DNA of 63,987 nucleotides, the filler included, from an uncultured Myxococcia bacterium (lineage in GTDB: Bacteria; CAZTWC01): NCBI GenBank assembly GCA_964617105.1. It is 8 parts of 8 records of this genome, joined end to end, with 100 filler letters (N's around TTAATTAATTAA, not from the genome) between each part and the next. Parts side by side here need not be neighbours in the genome. Positions count along the whole stretch, not along the records: positions 8,561 to 16,966 come from CAZTWC010000156.1; positions 17,067 to 25,367 come from CAZTWC010000157.1; 6 more parts are not named here. One strand, given 5' to 3'. The notes beneath the pieces are model-generated. The model ran no database searches, was not told the DNA's origin, and saw nothing but the letters and a program-made list of their open reading frames with translations. Both the position numbers and the translations under genes were made by a program. This document shows, piece after piece, positions 8,561 through 18,247 of the stretch. Every line of letters starts with the position of its first letter. The first letter of the stretch is position 1.

Positions 8561-9995
8561 AATCCTCTTGATTGTGACACTGGGAACAATCCTTATATTT
8601 TGCTGCAAACCTGCCCTGGTGCGGATCTGGGTGGCAGCCGCTGCAAGGTTTATCCAGCAGTTGGTCAGGAAACTTTAAGGTGGAATAATTGAAAAGAGGT
8701 TTCCGCTTTTTTCTCTTTAAAAAACGCAATCTTTTGAGATTCAGCCTGGCTTTAAACCTTTTGGGGTTGGCAAAATGACATTTATTGCAGGCCACTGCCA
8801 GGTGGGCGCCTTCCAGTTTGAAGCGGGACAGCTCATTGTGCCGTTTATAATCAAACCGGGCCGGAGCAAAGCCCTCCACACTGTGGCAAAACTTGCAATC
8901 TCCCTTTTGGGTATAGTTATTCAACTGCCCAAAGTGGGCATCATCATGGCAGTCCCGGCAGCGTTTATATTTACGCCCTTTGGTCCTTAACTCCCCATTT
9001 GGTTTAAGGGCGTGACAGGATTTGCATTTTACACTTCGGTGCAATCCCTTTAGAGGAAATTTGGTTTTTTGGTGCATGGCCAACTCCCCCTGGGGCAATT
9101 TTACCCGGGCCCAGGAAGTGGTATTGTGGCACTTTTTACAATTCTGGCCAAATTTATTGGCATGAACATCCTTATGGCAGTCGGTGCAGTTATTGTACTT
9201 CATGGGTCCATACAATAAATACTGCTGTTTCCGGGGCTGGTCCCGGAATTTTACTGTTTTTGAATCTCCTTTGGTCCCCTGCCCTTTGGCGGCAGATGGA
9301 TAGATATTTTTATCTTTCTGGGGAAGATGGCATTTTTCACATTTGAGTTTCCTATGGGCCCCGGTAAGAGGATATCTGGTTTGATCATGGCTGAATCCGG
9401 GAGTATCTTGCCACTTCTCCTGATTATGACAGGATTCACACTTTTTATCGCCAAATTGACCCCGGTGCTCATCAAAATGGCAGTCCTGGCATTGAGATAC
9501 TTTTAACCCCAGATAGGTAATCTTTTTTGGGTATTTTTTAAGCCAGTCCCTGACCCCCGCATCACTTATCATTCCAGGCTGGTGACAGGTCTGACATTCA
9601 ACTTTTTTATGAGCACGGCGCAAAGAGAAGCCGGTTTCCTGATGGGGAAACAACTTTTTATCCCCGCCAGGCGGCCACTTTATCAATTGGTTATCCAACC
9701 CCTGATGTTCATGGTGGCACTGCTGACACTGTTTTTGCCGAACCTTTTTCTGGCCATGAAAACCCCGCCGGTTTTTCAGTCTCTCCTTAATGGGCTGATG
9801 GCAATCCAGACACAGTTGTTTAAACCGGCTCTTGCGATTGGCAAGGTGACACTTTTTGCAGTTTTTCAGCCCCTCTAAATGCTGGTGGGGCGATGACAAT
9901 TTTCCCGGCGAAAAAATCTGACCGTAAACAACTCCAGGAAGAGCAATTACCAGGAAACCGTAAAAAAATATTTTAAAAAGGGAACAAAGGTTCAC
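8561..9995 (-). CDS. Multiheme cytochrome c (>=15 CxxCH), 3'-truncated at contig end
   Basis: Signal peptide then FSPGKLSSPH; 15 CxxCH motifs counted (CKKCH...CSQCH) in repeated H..T.(F/Y)PL.G.H...C..CH units; ATGA overlap with upstream gene. Confidence 0.92.
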
Positions 9996-11362
9996 TTTTT
10001 TTCCTCTCCTATCGGTTTACCGCAGTGCCAGTCAAATTTAATCTTCGATTTTTCCAGAATCCCAAAGGGCAGTTCCCCCCCTATTAAAACCAAAATATAG
10101 TCATTATCTATCTCAACCTCTTTCTCATCAACCTTGAGTTTAACCCGGTCCTCCTCAATAGACACCACTTGGGAACTGGACCATAGAGTTACATTTCCCT
10201 CTGCGGCTAACTTTTCCACTGCCTGGATATTGGGTTGTTTGGGTATCACCAGTTTTTTGTCCATAAAACTAAAATTAACTTCCCGGGCATATTCGCTGAT
10301 GGCTATCACCGCCTCCGCCCCGCTGTCGCCGCCGCCCACCACCAGCACCCGCTGGTCTGAATACTGTCTGGCATCCATCAGGGAATAGCAGACATTGGGA
10401 CAATTTTCCCCGGGCACCCCTAATTTTCTGGGAGTGCCGCGGCGGCCAAAAGCGACAATCACCTTTTGAGCCAGAATTTGCTTATCCGCAATGGGCGCTA
10501 TAGAGCAGCCGGGTGGACTGACTTTAAAGGAGGCCCGAAAATGTTCACCATCCTTCTCCACCAGATCCATCTTATGATAATATTGGATCTGGAGATTAAA
10601 ATGATCGGCCAACTTTTGCCACTGCTCTATCAACTCCTCTTTGTAGATAATTTTCTTGCCCACTTTTCCAAAAGTGGGAATACTGATCATTTCGGTTAAC
10701 ACTATTTTTTGCCGGGGATAGTTGGCCACCGTGCCTCCCAGGGTTCCGGCCTGATCCACAATTGTAAAATCGATGTTGGCCATCTGGGCAGCGATGGCGG
10801 CAGCCAGTCCTGCCGGACCGGCCCCTACGATCAAAAGGGGCGGCACATTTTCATCGGTTTCAGGCCCCCTGGAAAAATCATCCTTTATTACATCTATAAC
10901 CGCCAGCCCCTGTTTTATGGCATTTTTGATCAGTCCGATTCCGGCAATTTCGCCAATCAAATAGATACCGGGTATATTGGATTGATAATTATGCTGCCGG
11001 GGAATGGGCACCGACAGATCTTCGGTGCCGAATACCAGAGTAATGGCCTGCCAGGGACACTCTTTTTGGCAAATCATGTGTCCAATACAGCCAGAAGCGT
11101 TAACCATCCTGGATTTACCGTCTATCACCGCAAAAACATCTTTTTCCGGGCACACCCTGGTGCAGGTGCCGCACCCCTGGCAACGGGTATGGTCAATATG
11201 GGGATGAAGAGTTTCCGGGATTCTATCGGTTCCCTGCTCCACCGCTTTCTTCAGTTTAAACAAATTTTTTCTTCTACTTTTCCGGCTGGTTATCATCACA
11301 ATGGCCAGGATAATGGCGGTGACGGAAACCAAAGCCAACAAAATTATTTGCTCTGAAATCAT
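9992..11362 (-). CDS. Membrane-anchored 2x[4Fe-4S] ferredoxin / TrxB-like FAD-NAD(P)H oxidoreductase
   Basis: N-terminal TM helix followed by a basic patch; CQGCGTCTRVCP and CIGHMICQKECP; IVGAGPAG FAD motif; VVGGGDSG dinucleotide motif; GRRGTPRKLGVPGE. Confidence 0.85.
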   Translation of the reverse strand: MISEQIILLALVSVTAIILAIVMITSRKSRRKNLFKLKKAVEQGTDRIPETLHPHIDHTRCQGCGTCTRVCPEKDVFAVIDGKSRMVNASGCIGHMICQKECPWQAITLVFGTEDLSVPIPRQHNYQSNIPGIYLIGEIAGIGLIKNAIKQGLAVIDVIKDDFSRGPETDENVPPLLIVGAGPAGLAAAIAAQMANIDFTIVDQAGTLGGTVANYPRQKIVLTEMISIPTFGKVGKKIIYKEELIEQWQKLADHFNLQIQYYHKMDLVEKDGEHFRASFKVSPPGCSIAPIADKQILAQKVIVAFGRRGTPRKLGVPGENCPNVCYSLMDARQYSDQRVLVVGGGDSGAEAVIAISEYAREVNFSFMDKKLVIPKQPNIQAVEKLAAEGNVTLWSSSQVVSIEEDRVKLKVDEKEVEIDNDYILVLIGGELPFGILEKSKIKFDWHCGKPIGEEKK

Positions 11363-11371
11363 CTTAATCCT

Positions 11372-13282
11372 TTACCAGGTTTTGGCCGCAAACAGGTTAA
11401 AGTTCAAAACCGGCCGAAGCGATTGCCGCCGGGTATAAACAGAGGTCAAACATCCTACCCTGATCCGGTTGGAAAAATAGTAGACCCCCTGGCCATAAAA
11501 ATGGTAACTAAGGCCCAAATATCTAATCAACTCCGAGTAGGTGCCCACTAACCGCTGCCCTAAACTGAAATGCCAGGGAAACCGGAGGGTGGATAGCCGC
11601 TGAAATAACGAATAGTTTTGAAACCGGCCAGGGAACTTGGACTCCACTCCCAGCAAGTGCCTTATGGAGGGCAGAGACAAATAGGAGAAGGAGTGGCCAA
11701 TCTGGTAAGAAGCCACAAACTGGCTGGACCAGTCATCATGTTCAAAATCCAATCCATAGGGATTGCCGGGAAAAAAGTAACCTCCCAAAGATAGGTGATG
11801 ACCGATTCCTCCCTGGGAATAGGTAAAATGGTTTAGAAGTTCATGGCCCTGAATCTGGTTGTTCAAAGCCGGATCTGAGGCGAACTCATCCCAGCCGGGG
11901 GGCCGGTAGTTATAGTAAAAATAGTGCAGGCTATAATCATAATTTATGCCAGTCTGCCTATTGAAATGGGACAAAAGATGGGTTGATAAGTCCACTGCTT
12001 CCAGATGGTAACCGGTATTGTCAGGGGAAAAAGCGTGATAGATATTGGCCGACAGCAACTCTCTGGTTTCATTAAGTAAACTTATCCATTGCGACAGTTT
12101 CAACAACTGATCTTGACCAGAGTAGAAGATGTTGTTGGCCAGATCTATTTTATGATCATCCAGCCAGCCCATATTTTCTACTCCCAACACCAATCCCACC
12201 AGCGGGTGCTGGGTCTGAGGGGACAAGAACCGGTTTTTTACTGTAAGGGGCATCACTGGAAAACCGGCCACAAAACGGTAGATAAAACTGTCCCCTTTGG
12301 GTAATTTGACCAGGGAGTTGGAGGGGGTATTGCTGAGGGAAAAACCATCGATAAGAGGGGTCAAAAAATGGTTACGGCCATTGAGCCGCCCTATCTCAAT
12401 GGTCAACTGCCGGTTCAGGGTATACTGAATACTGTTCTCTGCCAGATAAAAAGAGGGGTCATTATATTTAAGGTTATGACCGCCTGAAAATCTGGCGGAA
12501 TAATTTATCAAAAGTCGGTTATCAGGCAGTATAACTATTTTTCCCCGGCCCTTGACCTGGCTTAAATTTTTAAAATCTCCCGGTCCCGCCAGTTGATAAA
12601 AATAGCTCTTTATCCCTAACTCTCCAATAAATCTGGGCTGGAGGCTACTCTGAGAAAAGATGGCAATTTTAGTGCCTTTATAGGAATTTTTGGGGTATTG
12701 GGGAAATTTGGCCGGATAACTTTGAGAACTATCCTCCAGTTGCTGGGTCCGCTCAACAGCCTGCTGTCTGGTATTCATTTCCGGTTGGGATAGTTTTGTC
12801 TCCTTTTCTTTTAACATCTCAGGTTTGGATAACAAGTAGGCGATATCACCGGCTATGGCCCTTGGCCTCTCCCGTCCCCGATGTCTCCCGGCTCTGGCTT
12901 TAATAGAATTCTCGGATGGCAACTTACTAACGGTTTGGTCTGACTCTGAAGCAATTTGGGCACACAAAAACCCCTGGGAATGAATATGGGTAATCCGGCA
13001 AAAGAGGATATGGGACTCTCCCCCTTTTTGTTCATCTTTTCTTGATTTTTTTGGGGAAGAAGGGTTGCCTTTAATTCTTTTAATCACCACCCTGGTCTTT
13101 AAAGGTAACATTTTACCCTCAAAGCCCTTATCGATTTCAACAAACACACCGTTATAAACCGAGTACAACACCTCACCAATTCTGATAAGTTCACTTTGGT
13201 TATCAGTTCCCGGCTGGGCCTGGACTTGGAAAAACAGTAAAAACGCCAAAAGAGCGGTAACTATTTTTAAAGTTATAGACAC
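11372..13282 (-). CDS. Exported protein, probable outer-membrane beta-barrel (porin-like) with N-terminal soluble extension
   Basis: Sec signal (..LLAFLLFFQVQA-Q) from likely GTG 13282; C-terminal ~420 aa of alternating aromatic/polar strands ending LNFNLFAAKTW; sits between cytochrome genes. Confidence 0.55.
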   Translation of the reverse strand: MSITLKIVTALLAFLLFFQVQAQPGTDNQSELIRIGEVLYSVYNGVFVEIDKGFEGKMLPLKTRVVIKRIKGNPSSPKKSRKDEQKGGESHILFCRITHIHSQGFLCAQIASESDQTVSKLPSENSIKARAGRHRGRERPRAIAGDIAYLLSKPEMLKEKETKLSQPEMNTRQQAVERTQQLEDSSQSYPAKFPQYPKNSYKGTKIAIFSQSSLQPRFIGELGIKSYFYQLAGPGDFKNLSQVKGRGKIVILPDNRLLINYSARFSGGHNLKYNDPSFYLAENSIQYTLNRQLTIEIGRLNGRNHFLTPLIDGFSLSNTPSNSLVKLPKGDSFIYRFVAGFPVMPLTVKNRFLSPQTQHPLVGLVLGVENMGWLDDHKIDLANNIFYSGQDQLLKLSQWISLLNETRELLSANIYHAFSPDNTGYHLEAVDLSTHLLSHFNRQTGINYDYSLHYFYYNYRPPGWDEFASDPALNNQIQGHELLNHFTYSQGGIGHHLSLGGYFFPGNPYGLDFEHDDWSSQFVASYQIGHSFSYLSLPSIRHLLGVESKFPGRFQNYSLFQRLSTLRFPWHFSLGQRLVGTYSELIRYLGLSYHFYGQGVYYFSNRIRVGCLTSVYTRRQSLRPVLNFNLFAAKTW

Positions 13283-13284
13283 CG

Positions 13285-14171
13285 CTACTCTCTTCCCTTG
13301 GGATGGCAATCAAAACAGGCGGAGGNNNNNNNNNNACATATTTTTTAACTTTCCCCTGATGTTTTCGATCCATCCTGCTTTTACTGTGTTCATGGCAATC
13401 GATACAACTGAACTTTTTATAGGTTCCCTGGTTATGGCAATCTTCACACCTGGGCACATTCCTCTGATTGTGTTTGGTAAAAATTCCCAGAGGAAAAATA
13501 GGGGTGTGTCTATCACGGGAAAAATTCAAGCCGTCTTTACTATGGCAGGTGATACAGATTTTGTCTTCACACTTTGAAGGGGTGCCTTCATATCTAAACA
13601 GATTATACTTAGTCAGAGTTTTATGAACTTGATTCAGGTGGGTACCGCCATGGGGCTGGCCATTGGGATACTGTGAATTTGGCCGGTGACAATCGGTGCA
13701 GATAAAGGATTTACTGTCCTGGCACTTGCCGTGACACTCTGAGCAGGTCACCTCACCATGAGTAGAGTTACTGTCAATGGGGTAGTTATTGACACTATGA
13801 GTTTTGCGATCCAAACCACTGCCATTAACCAGGCCGTTGGCGTGACACTTGAGACAGATTTTGTCTTCACATTTAGGCTCTTTTTCCAAACCAAAGTCTT
13901 CAACACCGGCATGGGCGGATTGAAGTTTGGTTGGGTCATGGGTGTGGCAGTCGGTGCAGACAGATTGGGAAAAAGAGGGGCAGTCGGCATGACAATTTTC
14001 ACAGGTCAAAAAACGGTGACCACCTTTGGAAGTCGGAAAAAACATGTCATGCTGGTCAGGAGTCTTAACCTTTGTTTCTCCATCAAAAACAAATTCACCT
14101 CCACCGCAGGAACAATCGGTAAATCCCGATAGAATCAAAGTGGTTAGCAGAAATAAAAAACATTTATACAT
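13285..14171 (-). CDS. Nonaheme cytochrome c, probable lipoprotein (reading frame interrupted by an N-gap)
   Basis: 8 CxxCH before the N-gap at ~13326-13335, and SACFDCHPKGRE* after it in another frame (TAG at 13285); hydrophobic leader ending ..FTDCSC. Confidence 0.8.
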
Positions 14172-14852
14172 TAACTTAATAAAAACTAAATATGGTTATT
14201 CATTCCTGACTACAGGTCATTCTGATCAATTGCAGATAAAATATAGGCCGGACGAAAGATAGGCTGCAGCCGTTTACTCTCTTCCAAAGATCTTACTACT
14301 TTAACCTCAACCCTATGGGAGTTAAGGTGTTTAATCACTCTCTCTTCTATCTGCTCATCTTTACAGATTACCATAATCTCGGTTTTGCCGGTATTTAGGG
14401 GATAGGAAATTCAAACGACATAACAAAAGTATTTTGCCATTACAGCGAAAAAATTTCAATTGAAAAATCACATCTGAATGATGGAAAAAAGTAGAAATCG
14501 CGATTTGATTGTGGGCCGACCGGTGAAAAAAGAGGCCAGTTTCAACGGTTAAATATGGGCCAAGAAAGAAAATGACCTGTGCAGATCAGGATTTTAGACA
14601 AATATATTCATTAACGGAAATTTCCGATTGAGTGGGGACACTAAACAACTTTAGGCTAACATTGGCCTCTCGGCCTTGTTTAGTGCAAAAAAACAAAGAA
14701 GAGGTTAGCATATTGGTCGACTATTTCGATAATTATCTCCCTGGCGAGTTGAGAATTAGTCCTCTAACTGTTTTTGCTTTGGTTTTTAAGTCTAGGTCTA
14801 CTTGCAACCAGATCGTTTTATCCAGGCAGTTTTCTGGTGATTCTGGTGGACC

Positions 14853-15011
14853 TTAGAATACAATCTTCCATAACTCCAACATAAAGTATTCATAATCGTC
14901 GCTTATTCTCTCCGATAAGAATGTTTTACCTACTTGCCTTGGGCCAGACAAAAGAACAATTTTGCCTGGGGGCAAGTCTTTTTTTATATATTTCTGTAGT
15001 GTCCTTTGCAT
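14853..15011 (-). pseudogene. N-terminal fragment of AAA_14/DUF4143-type ATPase
   Basis: MQRTLQKYIKKDLPPGKIVLLSGPRQVGKTFLS.. (Walker A), stops after 52 aa; absent from ORF track. Confidence 0.7.
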
Positions 15012-15018
15012 ATCGACT

Positions 15019-15046
15019 ATTATAGCGTCCATTCCGGTTTAGTCAA
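15019..15046 (-). promoter_or_regulatory. Sigma-70 promoter, probably leaderless
   Basis: TTGACT-16nt-TATAAT, with the ATG 7 nt after the -10 box and no RBS. Confidence 0.55.
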
Positions 15047-15160
15047 GACTTTTCGGGATAGTATGTCGTAATAGTCGGGTGGAATCTGGGATGGATAAAA
15101 AACGCCACAGGACAGACTGGCCAACATCTGCCTTGTGGTTGTGATTTGGTGGGAGTAACT

Positions 15161-16267
15161 TTAACTGCCGCTACCCATTTTGTAAAGCACCTGAATTTCC
15201 GCTTCGGTGAGAACGCGGTTGTAGATGCGGAGATCGTCCATGAGGCCGTGATATAAATTTCTTGTCGTGCATCCGCCAGAATGACCTATCATAAATTCAA
15301 CATTCAATGGGTCACCTAATTTATTTATTTGGCGGGTTATTTTTTGATCATTTACATAGAAAGTCAGTATTTTACTATTGCTATTGTAAGAAATTGAGAT
15401 AAAGTACCAATTATTTATCGACAAAAGTATTCCCGAATCAGCAAACTGATTATTACCATTGAAATGTACATTTGCATTTGAATAACGAAATCCAACTAAA
15501 TATCCTACAGATCTACAGGCACTTTGTCTTCTGCTCAAAACATGATGTTCTTTTACGGTTTTGATATTAGACCATAATGATATTGAAATATTATTCTCAC
15601 CCGTAATTTTCAACGAGGCGGGATCTCCCAATGTAATATAATCATCCACCCCATCAAAACTAGCCGCCTGGCCAATTTTACCGATTGTGTAGGTCAATCC
15701 GCCCTTTTCAACACCGTTATTACCATTCCCACTCTCATCATTGGCATTGCCGTTGAATGGATAGTAGGCAACCAACCCCTTCTTCAGTGAATTCTGATCC
15801 ACCAACTCGCCGTTGATATTGGCATCGCCAACTGTAATGCAGTGCTCGGTGGAGTAGGCAATAATCTTGACATCCACCGTTTCCTTGCGCTTGACTTCGG
15901 CGGTGGCCAACCCCTCGTAAAGCACTTTGTCATCCTTGTCATAGGCCTTGATGGTGAATTTCCGGTCCAGGCCAAAGGGGATATCCTTTACCGTGCCGGA
16001 TATCTTGCCCGCCGCCTTATCAACAGTTAACTCCTTGGTGATAGTGGTCATGTCAGCGGCGGATATTTCCACCTGAGCCTTAACAATTTCATCGCCGCAA
16101 ATCACTCCAGAAGTAAGAGCCATGACAATCTTGGCTGTGCCAACGCTATTGGGATCGATGGAATTATCTTTGTCATCCTTGCCGACCTTGGTACCGCCGC
16201 AGGCGGCCCAAAGAGCCATCGCCACAACCAGAATACAAACACCAGGCCAAAATACCGATTTTTTCAT
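15161..16267 (-). CDS. Lipoprotein with C-terminal LamG/concanavalin-like domain
   Basis: GGAGG RBS before ATG 16267; lipobox LWAAC; GLVAYYPFNGNANDESGNGNNG...FDGVDDYI...G.MDDLRIYNRVLTEAEIQ.LY. Confidence 0.85.
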   Translation of the reverse strand: MKKSVFWPGVCILVVAMALWAACGGTKVGKDDKDNSIDPNSVGTAKIVMALTSGVICGDEIVKAQVEISAADMTTITKELTVDKAAGKISGTVKDIPFGLDRKFTIKAYDKDDKVLYEGLATAEVKRKETVDVKIIAYSTEHCITVGDANINGELVDQNSLKKGLVAYYPFNGNANDESGNGNNGVEKGGLTYTIGKIGQAASFDGVDDYITLGDPASLKITGENNISISLWSNIKTVKEHHVLSRRQSACRSVGYLVGFRYSNANVHFNGNNQFADSGILLSINNWYFISISYNSNSKILTFYVNDQKITRQINKLGDPLNVEFMIGHSGGCTTRNLYHGLMDDLRIYNRVLTEAEIQVLYKMGSGS

Positions 16268-16339
16268 ACACACCTCCAGATCAATTAAGTAATTACCAAA
16301 ATTTATCGCCAAAGCAGATAGTATGAAAAAAAAAAACTG

Positions 16340-16966
16340 TCAATAAGTAAATGCCCCTTGGGTAGATAGTTTATCATCACTACTGTCCACCACCTCTTCA
16401 CAGACCTCACATTTGTCGCCCACGAAAATCAGGATATAGGTTTTCAGGTTGGTTGTAGAAGCAAATTCATCCGATTCCCGGTATTTCTGTAATTGCTCCA
16501 GGGCTTCATTGTATTTGGCTTCCAGTTTTTTCTTTTTTTGATCCTGCTCTTTGGTCAATTTCTTGGCCGAAGCAGGCTTTTTTTCTGTTTTTGCGGAGGC
16601 TTTGTTGGAGATGTCACCTTTTTTCCGGTATTTAACCTCAAAGGCAAACTGATATTTTGCCTCATAGGGAGGTCGTCTCAACATCAGCAGATCGATATAA
16701 CCATCCTCTACCTCGTACTCACTCTTGGTCACATACATTTTGGTTAAAGAGAGATAAGAAAATATCAGCAACTTGATATATTTCTCGTCAAACTTGATAT
16801 AGTCGCGATTGGAAAGATGGTGTAGTAATTTCTCCACCGATTTGATCAATAACTCCACTTCACCCTTATGGGCCATGGCGCTTATGGCTCTCTTGAGTTC
16901 CCGGATATTCAGGTCAACATCGGTTTTCTCCTGAATAATCCCCAGGAAAAACTGCAAATATAACTT
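16340..16966 (-). CDS. C-terminal PD-(D/E)XK nuclease-like domain of an AAA-ATPase-like protein (5'-truncated)
   Basis: LSNRDYIKFDEKYIK..SEYEVEDGYIDL..FEVKY...EALEQLQKY; open to contig edge. Confidence 0.75.
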   Translation of the reverse strand, partial: KLYLQFFLGIIQEKTDVDLNIRELKRAISAMAHKGEVELLIKSVEKLLHHLSNRDYIKFDEKYIKLLIFSYLSLTKMYVTKSEYEVEDGYIDLLMLRRPPYEAKYQFAFEVKYRKKGDISNKASAKTEKKPASAKKLTKEQDQKKKKLEAKYNEALEQLQKYRESDEFASTTNLKTYILIFVGDKCEVCEEVVDSSDDKLSTQGAFTY

Positions 16967-17066
16967 NNNNNNNNNNNNNNNNNNNNNNNNNNNNNNNNNN
17001 NNNNNNNNNNTTAATTAATTAANNNNNNNNNNNNNNNNNNNNNNNNNNNNNNNNNNNNNNNNNNNN
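16967..17066. other. Artificial contig linker
   Basis: N44-TTAATTAATTAA-N44. Confidence 0.97.
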
Positions 17067-18158
17067 ATGGACCCCCAACCTTCTTTTATTAAAGATTTTA
17101 AGGTGGACACCACCGATGCCAAAAAACATGTAATGACTGGCAAGATAGACACCACCAAGATTCTTTCCGATACCTATACTTTAAAGTTTTCTGCAATAGA
17201 TGACCAGGACAATCTAAGTTCTCCCCAAGATAATAAAATCACCATTAAAATTGACAATATCCCGCCAACCATAACAATTACTAGTCCAGAAACTGGTAGA
17301 CTATATAGTGGTAGTAACGAAACTATCACTGCCGAAGCATTTGATATTAATGGAGTGAAACAATTTGTATTAAACCCCCAACCCGATTTTGTGGATAATT
17401 TAACGGTAGATACTGCTGACCCAAATAATCATAAAATGACCTTTACCATTGACACCACTCAAATTACCACTTCTACATATACAATCACCTTTATGGCTAA
17501 AGACTCTAAAGATAACGGGGTAACTAAAGATTTACTCATCAATATTGACAACGAAGAACCTGAGATCATTGTTGATTCACCAAAGCTCGATATATTTTAT
17601 AGGAGAACCATAGAAATTAGTGCTGAAGCGAATGATAATCAACAGATGAAAGACTTCAGACTGCTCAACAACGATCCTTTTATCAATGTTACTGTGGATA
17701 AAACTGATACCAAGAGTTATAAGATAACCGGCACCATAGACACTACCAAGATCACTGCTGACACCTATACCTTAAATTTTTATGCAGAAGACGCGGTGGG
17801 GAAAATTATGCCTAAATATATTCCCTTTAAGGTTGATAATAAAGCCCCAAAACTTGTAATTATCAAACCGTTGAATGGATCACATCATAGTGGAAATGTA
17901 GATCTTAAGGCCATTGCGGAAGATGATAAAGAACTAAGTGTAATAGGAGTAACAAATATCGAACTTCGCCGAAACTTTATAGAGAAAAGAATAAGCAATA
18001 CCCAAAAAGAGTTAATCGGAGGTTTTGACAGCAGAGTAGCACCTTATCCTGAATATGGTATAAATTTTGTAGCCAAGGATAGTGCTGGCAATGAAAGTAC
18101 GAAACAAATTATAATCATAATAGAGAACACTACAACTATTGAGGAGCGTGGAAATTGA
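17067..18158 (+). CDS. Tandem bacterial Ig-like repeat surface protein (likely 5'-truncated)
   Basis: ~97-aa repeats (I/V)DN..P.I.I.SP....ITAEA.D....IDTT.I...TYT..F.A.D; starts at contig edge. Confidence 0.75.
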   Translation: MDPQPSFIKDFKVDTTDAKKHVMTGKIDTTKILSDTYTLKFSAIDDQDNLSSPQDNKITIKIDNIPPTITITSPETGRLYSGSNETITAEAFDINGVKQFVLNPQPDFVDNLTVDTADPNNHKMTFTIDTTQITTSTYTITFMAKDSKDNGVTKDLLINIDNEEPEIIVDSPKLDIFYRRTIEISAEANDNQQMKDFRLLNNDPFINVTVDKTDTKSYKITGTIDTTKITADTYTLNFYAEDAVGKIMPKYIPFKVDNKAPKLVIIKPLNGSHHSGNVDLKAIAEDDKELSVIGVTNIELRRNFIEKRISNTQKELIGGFDSRVAPYPEYGINFVAKDSAGNESTKQIIIIIENTTTIEERGN

Positions 18159-18247
18159 CTACACTGCCCTACATTAACAAAAAAGTTCTTTTTGCAGCAC
18201 ATGATTTCCAAAATGAAGTCGCCTGAGAGTGGCGGCAGTCGTAGCAG

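Noticed and set aside
5522-9995. Physical linkage of the dsr cluster and the multiheme operon
   Set aside because: Separated by an artificial linker; only co-binning connects them
10709-11356. 215-aa antisense ORF and the many other short ORFs nested in or opposite called genes
   Set aside because: Shadow ORFs of well-supported genes with no motifs of their own
13203-13325. C-terminal tail PPPVLIAIP.. of the lipoprotein cytochrome
   Set aside because: Artefact of estimated gap length; another frame gives CFDCH and a stop at 13285
14632-14856. 74-aa ORF upstream of the cytochrome operon
   Set aside because: No RBS or recognisable motif; likely spurious
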